This document shows, piece by piece, positions 22,091-33,735 of a stretch of 64,000 nt of DNA. Under the pieces are notes generated by a model. That model was not told the DNA's origin. It made no database searches and saw only the letters and a program-made list of their open reading frames with translations. The translations under genes were made by a program, and so were the position numbers. Positions within the stretch are counted from its first letter, which is position 1, and every line of letters begins with the position of its first letter. This stretch comes from Malacoraja senta (Eukaryota): the NCBI GenBank assembly GCA_038087875.1, contig CM075998.1:312001-376000 (forward strand), given 5' to 3'.

Positions 22091-24499
22091 ACTCGACGCG
22101 CCTTATCACATTTCGTAAATGCATTCTATATGAGTTACAATTTAAATTAACATTGTATGTTGGTAAATATTTAAACAGGTTTCTTCCTGAACTACTGTGT
22201 ATTTCTAGAATGTTCGGTCTTCATTTTTGATTTCTAGCATCTGCAGGGTTTTATTTAGTGTTTGGATGCTAGGAAAATCTGAATGTACCCGAGCTGCTAT
22301 TGAGGCACCAGAATGTCACGTGCAGTAAAGACTCTTGCTCAGCAAGGAGCCAGTTGCAAACCTTTGCCATATGTTAAAGGACATCTGCAGCGAATAGGCA
22401 ATGCGTGTAGACTGTAAGAGAAAGGAGCAGGTTTACCACACCAGTGCTTGCAGAGATGTTGGCTAGAAGATTGCAAAGCACTATGAGGTTCTGTCTTGTC
22501 TTGTTTCACTGGAATAGTTGACCATGGGCCATTTGCCAAAACTGATGGGGAAGCAACGTTGCTGTCTCCATGAAATATTTCCCAGCAGAGCTTGCATTGT
22601 ACAATGCTGATTGCATTTATAACTGTGAGCGTGAGAGAGGATGAGGGGAAAAACGTAAAAACTAAGCATTGCCGTCCAATAGCTTGGAGACACATCAACA
22701 ACTCTTAAAGTCTTCAGAAGGAAGGCTGCCATTCCTGGACCCCTCAAAATGTAGTTGAAAGTTGAACTCTGAGCCCGCCAGGTGTCCTAGGTACCAACGT
22801 GTTGCTCAAGATGAGTGTTGTTGATGTGCTGTAAGTCGAAGTAGCAAACGGATGATCAGACAACTCTTCGCTCGGCTTACCTTGGGAGAGTCCTCAAGAA
22901 CGTGGCATCTTCTGGGCGTTGCAGGTAGCAGGGCCCTAGTTGTCACTTAGGGAACAATGGCTACTTGCACTCTGGGAACAGTGAGTGCAAGAACAGCCAC
23001 CGGTCACTCATCGCTCATCCACCACTCAGCACTTAATGAATGCGGAGCAAGACCAGGAACCTTGGCTGAACCAAACAATCTGGAAAATCCCAGATTGCTA
23101 TGTCTACTACCTTTAGCATGCACGCTGGCATGCCTTCGGTGCATCCGAGTTACTAAAGTGAAAATGAGCCAGTGTTCCCAATAACTCTTGCTGTAAATAA
23201 ACTTGTGAGTTGAGAGTGGCAGGTTTGCCTTGGCTATTTCCAATCGCACTGCCACACTCGGGTTGAAGAACAGACATTTGACCAAGTATCTAAGAGCAGC
23301 TGGCGCCCTGTCAATAAGTGTGCAGAAAGCAGAGGAAGGAAGACAATTAAGAATGAAAGATTTATTAAATATATCATTACATCAATTCGGAGAGCTTCTG
23401 CGTAAACTAAGTGCCTTGTAGTCCTTCGGAGCGTGCTGAAAAAATTGTACACTTGTTTGGTGAGGCAACTATTTAAATATTATTATCTAATAATTCATGT
23501 AAAAGACTGCAATTTGCCAGCTAGCTGATGTCAGAGCGTGGCATCAATTAGCTTCCAGCGAGCGAGACGCTAACGGCCAATTGCACTCGATTATTAAAAC
23601 TATTCCAATCTTCGTTTGCGATTCACAGCAGTTTCGAAACAAGTTTTCAAACAATGGCACTTCTCTGTTGTTAGCATCCAACATGGCATCTTGGATATCA
23701 AAACCGGATGAGAACAAGGATTGCACTTTAGAAAAGTGTAGACTTTGGAGTGACTTAACCGAGCTTTATAAAATGAAGAGGCAAGTTGGATTAGGAGAAA
23801 CAGATAGCATGAGCAATAGGGGGGTTGCACGCAAGGTCATCGGGTCAAAGGGCGTGATGCACGGACCAGCTCAATCCATGTGGAGGACATGGCAGCTTCC
23901 GGCATACACTGTTAATACACGAAACGCGTACTTTCTTACCCGTTAAAAAACGCTGAAAAGGTCATTTTTTGCGCTGTAAATAATTGTAGAAATCGGGGTA
24001 AGCATGAGAGACATTTATCCTACTTCAGAATTCCAAAAGTGAGTTGAAATGAAGGTAAAGAGAAGCGAGAGCTGAAGGGACAACAACAGCTAAAGTGCTT
24101 GGCGAACATTGGCCGTGCAGATATCAAAATTGAATATATTGGGAATTATCGTGTTTGCTCACTGCATTTCATCAATAGTAAGGCATTATTTGTGTTTTTT
24201 CTTGATTCCTTTGGTATCTAAAAAGTTTCAGAAGTGATAAATCTGACTGTAAAATGTTTTAAACGCCCATGGTTCTGAAGTGGGTTTTTACATGCAAAAA
24301 GAAAACGCTTCTGAAGCAAAATCTATCATTAAAAAATCTCCAGACTTACTAGTGGTGTGTGGAAAAGTAAGTCTTCTATCATTATGCTATTGAGATGCCC
24401 ATTTCCTTCGCTCCATGGATGCTGCTGCACCCGCTGAGTTTCTCCAGCATTTTTGTCTATCTTCGATTTTCCAGCATCTGCAGTTCCTTCTTAAAGTCT

Positions 24500-24650
24500 T
24501 TTAATTCTGAGGCTGTGACTTCTAGTCCTAGACTTTCCCACTAGTGGAAACATCCTCTCCACATCCACTCTATCCAAGCCTTTCACTATTCGGTAAGTTT
24601 CAATGAGCCCCTCACCCCCTCACCCCCTCATCCTTCTAAACTCCAGCGAG
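24500..24650 (-). mobile_element. CR1 fragment
   Basis: YSLEFRRMRG and MFPLVG remnants. Confidence 0.8.
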
Positions 24651-25167
24651 TAATGTTGCCTGTAGTATTTCCCTTCAGCTATACTGGCACGAAGACGGTG
24701 CCGAAAATGATACTCAATCAAAAACCACTTATAATTGAGAGACTCCCATATTGTTATGAAATTGTTATGACATTCAAACACTGCGAACTGCAGATTAAAT
24801 GATGCGGAAAACAAACCCCCAAGTGGTTAATTATTTGTATTTTTCCAGCGGGATAAATTCCATACCACCGTCTGAATCCCGCGAATATTATCTATGACAA
24901 TAAAGAAGTTCCCGCTGGTTCACTCCTGAGCTGTGGTCAGGTGTGTGATTCGTTCATGCTCTGAGCAACGCTCCTTTTAAATTAATTAACCGAAATGAAT
25001 GTCTAAAACCTTTCCCGATGGATGTGGTATTTCACTCCGTTTCCTCTTACATGGAAGAGCGTTCACCAAGTCAAATGCGTTCTGATTACAAATAGGAAAT
25101 GAATGAAAATGAATGGAATGGTAAAATGAGACCTGCCAACAAATGTAGAAATGTACTCGAGTGGAGT

Positions 25168-25367
25168 NNNNNNNNNNNNNNNNNNNNNNNNNNNNNNNNN
25201 NNNNNNNNNNNNNNNNNNNNNNNNNNNNNNNNNNNNNNNNNNNNNNNNNNNNNNNNNNNNNNNNNNNNNNNNNNNNNNNNNNNNNNNNNNNNNNNNNNNN
25301 NNNNNNNNNNNNNNNNNNNNNNNNNNNNNNNNNNNNNNNNNNNNNNNNNNNNNNNNNNNNNNNNNNN
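25168..25367. other. Assembly gap (200 N)
   Basis: Directly visible. Confidence 1.
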
Positions 25368-25589
25368 GTGGGGGTGATACCTTATTTTGACAAGGCGACA
25401 TCCAACCAAGTGCACAGTAGCTCAGAAGGCGGAGCACCAGCTTGTTTGGCTGACAGGCCACGCGTTAGATCGGGCAGCCAGCTGGGTTACAGGCACCTGC
25501 CATTGGTAATCCAGTAAGAGGCACTGGAGCAGAAATGTGTCATGCACGACCTTCTGATGCTCCACTGGAACTAAAATTGCCGTACACTT

Positions 25590-26045
25590 GAGCTCAAGTT
25601 CAAAGTAGTAAATACTGCCCAGTCCATCATCGGCTCTGACCTCCCTACCATCGAGGGGATCTATCACAGTCGCTGCCTCAAAAAGGCTGGCATGATCATC
25701 AAGGACCCACACCATCCTGGACACACACTCATCTCCCTACTACCTTCAGGTAGAAGGTACAGGAGCCTGAAGACTGCAACGACCAGGTTCAGGAATAGCT
25801 GCTTCCCCACAGCCATCAGGCTATTAAACTCAACTTCAAACAAAACTCTGAACATTAATAACCCATTATCTGTTATTTGCACTTTATCAGTTTATTTATT
25901 CATGTGTGTATATATTTATATAATGGTATATGGATACACTGATCTGTTCTGTATTCATGCCGTCTATATTCTGTTGTGCTGAAGCAAAGCAAGAATTTCA
26001 TTGTCCTATCAGGGACACACGACAATAAATTCTCTTGAATCTTGA
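25590..26045 (+). mobile_element. Rex-Babar-type LINE 3' fragment
   Basis: IIKDPHHPGHTLISLLPSGRRYRSLKTATTRFRNSCFPTAIRLLN; gacaataaa tail. Confidence 0.85.
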
Positions 26046-26054
26046 AGTTAAATC

Positions 26055-26447
26055 TAGTTTATCCCCTCTCTCCTATTCAACTTCTTCTTCGACTCACCCC
26101 ACTTCCTCCAAATCAAAGGCAATCGCATGGACCAACAATGCCTGCCTCTTTGCCGGGTACGTTGAACAATCCCTGTTCCAGGCGTACACTGGCCCTCTAC
26201 CCCGAACTCTTCCTCCGTTCCCTCTCTCTCCATCCCTCCCCCACCCAAGTCGCACCAGCTTCACGTTCTCACCTAGCAAACAGCTAACAATGGCCTGTTT
26301 CCTTTATCATCGTTACTTTTTTGCATATCTTTCATGCATTTGCATCTCCGAAGTCTGAAGAAGGGACTCAACCCGAAACGTCACCCATTCCTTCCCTCCA
26401 GAGATGCTGCCTGACCCGCTGAGTTACTCCAGTTTTTTGTGTCTATC
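26055..26447 (+). mobile_element. Internally deleted Penelope-like element (RT fragment fused to 3' UTR and pLTR)
   Basis: ACLFAGYVEQSLFQAYTGPLP RT-region remnant joined directly to the 3' UTR seen at 5660-5985. Confidence 0.7.
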
Positions 26448-26600
26448 TAGTTTATTGTCATCTGCACTAGTACCAGAAGGTGCAAGTACAATGACAACCT
26501 TGAGCTCCAGAGAGAGTGACTGATGCTTCCCATGCAGGTAATGGTGGCTTAGGGTTAATATCAAAATGTAATTCCCTGAAACCATCTTGTTCAAAGTTGG

Positions 26601-26700
26601 AGCAGAACCTAGCCACACAGTCATGTGTGTACAGGGAGTACAGTAGGGGGCTGAGGACGCAACCCTGGGGGGATCCTGTGCTCAGGGTGAGGGACTTTGA
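26601..26700 (-). mobile_element. Rex-Babar RT fragment
   Basis: TLSTGSPQGCVLSPLLYSLYTHDC. Confidence 0.85.
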
Positions 26701-28147
26701 TGTAAGATGGCGCAAACTCAATGTATCACACTCAGACAAGCACGCAAATGGCACAAGTCAATAAAAGTTGACCTTGTAGAGTGCTGACACGGGTTACTGT
26801 CTCGGCCTCTCTTTCTGTGGGATGTTTTGTGTTACAGGGCTTTGCCCTTTTAGATTCATCTAAAAACTAACAGAGTCAGTCTCACCAGGTGAAAGTCCCA
26901 CTGTGATAGAAGAAGAGGCTCTCTGAGTGGAATGGCTACTCTTGAAGTCTGAGGAAGGGTATTGTTTAAATGCAGTGAGGATTTTTGCCTCTCTCACTCT
27001 TCCAGCCAATTAGTTCCAAACTCTCACTTCTCGTTGAGAGAAACTGATTTTCTTCAGCTCCATTCTAATACTTCTATAACTTAACTTAAATCTAGTTGTG
27101 TGTCTGTCTGCCAAGGGAGCCTTAATTAAATCTCTCACAAGGCTTTTTTTTGGTTCCAAAGAGAACACCTGGTCGGTTTCTGCTCATATCTAAATTTCTC
27201 CAGCCCTGACAACAATATACATCTTTGCATCTTCTCTGATGCAATCACATCCTTGCTATTATGTGGAAACCAAAATTGTACTAGGTTCTGGAAGCAAACA
27301 ATAATACATTATATTTGTATCAAACCTATTGACTTTTGGTCACAATGTACTTATTGAAATTCCTTCTCTCCAGAGATGCTGCCTGTTGTGTCTCCCTTCG
27401 ATTTAAACCAGCATCTGCAGTTCTTTCCTACACTGTGCTTATTGAAATGCGAGGAGTTGTACAGATCACTGCCCTCTGGTGGAGAGCACATACAAAACCA
27501 ACTTTGAACAAGATGGTTTCAGGGAATTACATTTTGAATTGCAGATTTAGTTGCTTCTTCAGTGTTTCTGTATATCTCAAAATAAAGCAAATGACTTGTT
27601 TCACAACAATAGATTATATTGGTAACATTCCAAAGAAACATTCTTCAGTTCAGTTCAGTTTATTGTCACGTGTACCGAGGTACAGTGAAAAGCTTTTGTT
27701 GCGTGCTATCCAGTCAGCAGAAAGACAATACACGATGATCACAATCGAGCCATTGACAGTGTATAGATACTTGATCGAAGGAAGGACAGATCTGAGAGGA
27801 ATTTAAGATCATCGTAGTTAAAGTAAGAAATGTTGCTGTAGGAGTAGAGATTTAAGAGTATGGAGCGATTGTAATATGAGTTTGTAGATCTGCTTCTGTG
27901 GCTTGCACGCAAATAGTCACCTGGATTGGACACCATCTTGGAAACAGGGCGGGTAGAGTATGGGTTAGACACATAGTAATGCTCTGAAAAAAGAAAGAGA
28001 AATAATGGGTAGATATTGTGCTAGATCTCGGTCAGGGGCAGCATAAACCACCCTGGAGAGGGCATCTGATGGCTCGTTGGGGACTTTCCAGAACCAGTGG
28101 GCATAGCAGGGGCTGGAATACACCCTGTAAAGAAGGATAATATCTCA

Positions 28148-28338
28148 AGTGTTCAAGAAGAAACTGCAGATGCTGGAAAATCGAAGGTAGACAAAATTGC
28201 TGGAGAAACTCAGCGGGTGCGGCAGCATCTATGGAGCGAAGGAAATAGGCAACGTTTCGGGCCTGAAACGTTGCCTATTTCCTTCGCTCCATAGATGCTG
28301 CCGCACCCACTGAGTTTCTCCAGCAATTTTGTCCACCT
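28148..28338. mobile_element. Penelope pLTR fold-back element (subfamily B)
   Basis: Inverted arms; TSD ataatatctcaagtgtt. Confidence 0.88.
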
Positions 28339-28865
28339 ATAATATCTCAAGTGTTTGATATTCTAGATGTCTGCCCTACACCACAAGACAGATAATTCCC
28401 CAGTCACTTGGTTGTCACTGAGAACTTGTCCTAGGACATGGGGATTAGTATAGATGTGTACGGGATGGTCAATGTGGACAGTGGGGCAAATGGGTGTTTC
28501 TGCCCTGTATCAATCAGCAACCCACGGCATTGTAAAAACCCTGACGAATTCCATGGTCAAGTTGTGGAGGCACTAGTCAACTGTGTCAATATCCGTGGAG
28601 AGTCCAGGCAATTGGTGCCCTTCTAGCTGAACTTCAGAAGGTCCCCACATGACATTCGACATCCTCACGGAATGGATCTGGGGAGAACTGTGAATATTTT
28701 TAAGGCAGAGATAGATAGATTCTTGGTAAGTACTGGTGTCAGAAGTTATGGAGGGGAAGGCAGGAGAATGGGGTTAAGAGGGAGAGATAGATGAGCCATG
28801 ATTGATTGGCAGAGTAGACTTGATGGGCTGATAGCCCTGACTGAAGAAGGTCTCAACCCGAAATG

Positions 28866-29238
28866 GTATAAGATTGTTAAGGGTTTGGACACACTAGAGG
28901 CAGGAAACATGTTCCCGATGTTGGGGGAGTCCAGAACCAGGGGCCACACACAGTTTAAGAATAAGGGGTAAGCCATTTAGAACGGAGATGAGGAAACACT
29001 TTTTCTCACAGAGAGTTGTGAGTCTGTGGGATTCTCTGCCTCAGAGGGCGGTGGAGGCCGGTTCTCTGGATGCTTTCATGAGAGTGTTAGGTAGAGCTCT
29101 TAATGATAGCGGAGTCAGGGGATATGGGGAGAAGGCAGGAACGGGGTACTGATTGGGGATGATCAGCCATGATCACATTGAATGGCGGTGCTGGCTCGAA
29201 GGGCCAAATGGCCTACTCCTGCACCTATTGTCTATTGT
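28866..29238 (+). mobile_element. CR1/HER1 3' fragment splitting a Penelope pLTR copy
   Basis: pLTR left part at 28838-28865 resumes at 29239 (ttacccattccttc). Confidence 0.85.
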
Positions 29239-31209
29239 TACCCATTCCTTCTGTCCAGAGATGCTGCCTATCTACTGTTTTATTCTTTACCTTTGATTTC
29301 CCTTGGCTTTTATGCCCAGGCCCCTATTTTGAGTGTTTTTTTTAAATATTTCATGATATTTTTATTTTGTAACATTAATACAAAACTTAAGATATCGCCC
29401 TCTGCGTCTGTGATGCACTTCACACCTGCGTGCTGAGAGGACTTTTCCTTTCATGGGAGATCTCTCAAACTCTGGGAATTCGTTTCAGAATAAGGGATTA
29501 GCCATTTAAAATAGATGAGGAATTTATTATTTCGGAGAATGATGACTCTTTGGAATTCTCAGAAGACCCGAGGAGGCTGTCATTTAAAATTCCTTCTGTG
29601 ACATAGCTAAAACTGTCCAGATTCATATGTGACAAGAAGTCAGTTGAACATTGGAGTAATAGAGTTAGATAGCCCACGGAGTCCAAACGGACCATCAAGC
29701 ACCCATTTAGACCAATTCTACATTGATCCTTAAGCTGTTATCCGGAAACCATCCTACCACAACCAGAGAGCAGTGCTGAACTACTATCTACCTCTTTGGT
29801 GACCCTCGGACTATCCTTGATCGGACTTTGCTGGCTTTACCTTGCACTAAACGTTATCATTGATCTATACAATGTAAATGGCACGATTGTAATCATGTAT
29901 TGTCTTTCTGCTGACAACAAAAGCTTTTCACTGTACCTCGGTTCACGTGACAATAAACTAAACTCAACTCATAAAATTCCTTTGTTAAGTTACAGAACCT
30001 AGGCAGGCGATTGGAGTTGGGATCGAGGCAGGAACAGAAGGTACACAAAAATGCTGGAGAAACTCAGCGGGTGCAGCAGCATCTATGGAGCGAAGGAAAT
30101 AGGCAACGTTTCGGGCCGAAACCCTTCTTCAGACTCGAAATAGGCAACGTTTCGGGCCGAAACCCTTCTTCAGAGGCAGGAACAGAGATTAGCAGATGAC
30201 ATTGGACTTGGACAGTTCTATTGAACTATGATAGTCACACGATTGTCAATTCTCAGAGAGCGTTTCACTAATATAGTTTTCTTTTCTTTGCCTATGATTT
30301 GAAACTGAGTAAAACATTTCCATTGGTTCGCAATTCTTAAATATTCTGTGACATTTAAGTTGACAGCCATACTAATCATGGATCAAGGTGCCAAAGGTCA
30401 TCAGCCGCATTTACTTTTGCATGGATGATGACCAAAAGTTGTATTTGTTTAAAGTTGCGGTGTGCCACTTACTACAATTGGTGTTGTTTTGCACATCTGC
30501 AATAATGTGTACATTCACATCTTCCACCTTTTGTCCGTGGTTACTTTTCTGGGAAGTCCCGGAAATATTCGCGACGTTACAGTAAATAAGTCTCAGCTTT
30601 CTGAGAAATGACCCGTCAAGGGCGTAGTTGATCCCGCCCACAGTCTGTGTTTATTAGCCCTGCCACGGCTCTTAGTCTGTCACTCACAGGCAACAACCCT
30701 ATTGTAAAATTGATACACCGTCGGCTGCTGAGACGACCTGCTTTTTTTTCTCTGAAACTCTGCTCTTTTTTTCTCAAGCGCCTCGCCTCAAACTGGACAA
30801 GATTTGAACCATTTTCCAATTAACTGCCTGTAATTGAACAAGACTATATGAATCTTGAGGTCATATTTGACCTTGAGTTTTAGGTCACTGTCCCAAACCA
30901 TCACTAAAACCGCCCAGTTCCACCTGTATATTCTCCAGAGTGAAGAAGGGTCCCGACCCGAAACGTCACCCATTCCTTCTCTCCAGAGATGCTGCCCGTC
31001 CTGCTGAGTTACTCCAGCTTTTTGTATCTATCTTCTGTCATTTTCCAACTCTCTGAAGTCAGTCTGAAGAAGGTCCCAACCCTAAACGATGTTTGTCCAT
31101 TTCCCTCCACAGATGCTGGCTGATCTGCTGAGTTCCAACAGTACTTTGTTTTGTTTTTTTGCTCAATACGCTGGCATCTGCAGTCTCTTTCGTCTCTATT
31201 TTACTTCCC

Positions 31210-31537
31210 AATGATGGGTGAGTCCAGAACCAGGGGGCCACAGTCTTAGAATAAAGGGGAGGTCATTTAAGACTGAGGTGAGAAAAAACTTTTTCACCCA
31301 GAGAGTTGTTTGAATTTGTGGAATTCCCTGTCACAGAGGGCAGTGGTGGCCAAGTCACTGGATGGATTTAAGAGAGAGTTAGATAGAGCTCTAGGGGTTG
31401 GTGGAATCAAGGGATATGGGGAGAAGGCAGGCACGGGTTATTGATAGGGGACGATCAGCCATGATCACAATGAATGGTGGTGCTGGCTCAAAGGGCCGAA
31501 TGGCCTCCTCCTGCACATATTTTCTATGTTTCTATGA
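31210..31537 (+). mobile_element. CR1 LINE 3' fragment
   Basis: ESRTRG.HSLRIKGRSFKTEVRKNFFTQRV; (tttctatg)n tail. Confidence 0.88.
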
Positions 31538-32074
31538 TTACAAACGTGCCATCTTAAACTTACACTCTTCTGTACTGAAGGCATTGACTTCTTGATGAGG
31601 TATAGTCCCAAAGATATCATGCATCAAATATACTTCACATATGTACATTGGATGTCAGTGAGTTGTTCCAAAATGGGAAATCTCAGTCCTCCAGTGCAGT
31701 CTGATTCTATCACCACCCATTGATATTCCAACGTGTGTTGATTTCCCTCTCAGTGGCCAAGCAACGGCGAAGGCCACAGATCAAAATCAGAGCCTGTCAC
31801 AACCGCTGTACATCTTTAAAATTACTTTATAGTCAGCAAAATACTTTAGATATGTATTCACTGCTATGATGTAGAAAAACACCCTGTCTTGGCCCAGATG
31901 AACTAACTCAGAACCTGGCCTTTAAATCTGAGAACTGTGGTGTATAGGAAGTCCAGTCAAGTTTTAAGTTAATATTTTTATATCTATCTATTTATTTATG
32001 TGAGGTGGTTGTTCACTTTAAACTCAAATCCTTATTGCTGAGAGAGAATCTCAAAGCAACAAGATGGTTTGCTC

Positions 32075-32260
32075 AGACACAAAAAGCTGGAGTAACTCAG
32101 CGGGACAGGCAGCGTCGCTGGATAGAAGGAATGGGTGACGTTTCGGGTTGAGACCCTTCTTCAGACCCACTATCCAGAGATGCTGTCTGTCCTGCTGAGT
32201 TACTCCAGCATTTTGTGTCTATCTTCGGTTTAAACCAGCATCTGCAGTTCCTTCCTACAC
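32075..32260. mobile_element. Penelope pLTR fold-back element (subfamily A)
   Basis: Inverted arms plus one-sided ~40-bp tail; TSD acaagatggtttgct. Confidence 0.88.
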
Positions 32261-33345
32261 AAGATGGTTTGCTTTCTCTTTTTGAAGTTGCATCACATTT
32301 ATTTGTTAAGCAAAATATCACTTAGATGGGAGATAAATGCTATTATCTGGATAGAAAATAGCCAAGGCTCTTTACACTTATTCAGAATGTTCAGCATTGC
32401 TATGCAAATGTAGTTTGATTGCACAGCAAGTAAAAAATAACTTAATGCAGTCTGCTTGCTTTGTTTTCAAAGCAAAACTTTGAAAGGCTTTGTAATTTAT
32501 GCAAATTAATTTGGGTTGGTCAAAGATCAGATGATTATCAGTTTTATTTGTCCCACATCCTAGGTAATTGCTGGAGACTTGAGGTCTACTGTGATCTTGG
32601 GGATACTGTTCCCAGTTTCAGTATCAATTAAAAAAATGATCAATGATTTAATGAATTTTGTATATTTAAAGTGTTCTTTTAACAAGTTAAATGGTTTTTT
32701 TTCACTTGACTATTTCTAAACATTTATATTGAACATTCCATAACACAATCTGATATAATGTTCATTTTGCCATTTGGGGAGGGTTATGGCAATTTGGTCA
32801 ACCATTTAGAACAAAGATTAACACAAAAAGCTGGAGTAACTCAGCGGGTCAGACAGCATTTCTGGAGAAATGGAATAGGTGATATTTCTGGTCAGACTGA
32901 AGAAGGGTTTCAAAGTGAAACGTCACCTACTCCTTCTCTCCAGAGATGCTGTCTGACCCACTGTTACTCCAGCTTTTTGTGTCTATCTTTGGTTTAAACC
33001 AGCATCTGCAGTTCCTTCCTATATTTAGAACAAGGATTCAGTATATACTTTTTGGTAAACACAAGGGGGCATGACAGAACAAACACACTTGAAAAGTTCC
33101 AGACATTTTTGCATAAGCTATAATGAGTTTTATAAACTAAACATAGAGTATGCTTGGGGGCTGAAATAAAAACAAATAATGCAAGTAAAACTCAGTTTGT
33201 CAGTAACATTTGTGGAGGAAAGACACTGATTTTTGTTTTTTGGAAAATTAATGCCTTGCAGCACCAGACAACTAGCCAGCAGAGGAGAGCTGCTCGGCTG
33301 TATGGCCAGTTAACTTGCCTTTATGAAAATGGGCCATTCAAACAT

Positions 33346-33735
33346 TGTGTAGGAAGGAACTGCAGATGCTGGTTTAAATCGAAGATAGACACTAAATGCT
33401 GGAGTAATTCAGCGGGTCAGGCGGCATCTCTGGAGAAAAAAAAGGTGACGTTTCAGGTCGAGACCCTTCTTCAGACTGAAGAAGGGTCTCGACCTGAAAC
33501 GTCATCTACTCCTTCTCTCCAGAGATGCTGCCTGTCCCACTGAGATGCTGCCTGTCCCACTGAGATGCTGCCTGTCCCACTGAGATGCTGCCTGTCCCAC
33601 TCCATCTTTGGAGAGAAGGAGTAGGTGACGTTTCAGGTCGAGACCCTTCTTCGGGTCTCGACCTGAAACACCATCTTTTTTTTTCTCCAGAGATGCCGCC
33701 TGACCCGCTGAGTTACTCCAGCTTTTTGTGTCTAA
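33346..33735. mobile_element. Compound double fold-back pLTR element (subfamily A) with 4 x 20-bp tandem repeat
   Basis: Alternating arm orientations; TSD ttcaaacattgt. Confidence 0.82.

Noticed and set aside
21445..22124. Cluster of overlapping ORFs up to 181 aa
   Set aside because: GC-rich, stop-poor repeat; no recognisable protein
23004..23285. ORF containing MHRRHASVHAKGSRH as a possible presequence exon
   Set aside because: Ends in a stop with no convincing phase-2 donor and no glutaminase similarity
24620..24814. IAEGK peptide resembling glutaminase exon 2
   Set aside because: No surrounding similarity or splice sites; the true exon is at 20458-20557
25063..25517. ORFs spanning the N run
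   Set aside because: Artefacts of the assembly gap
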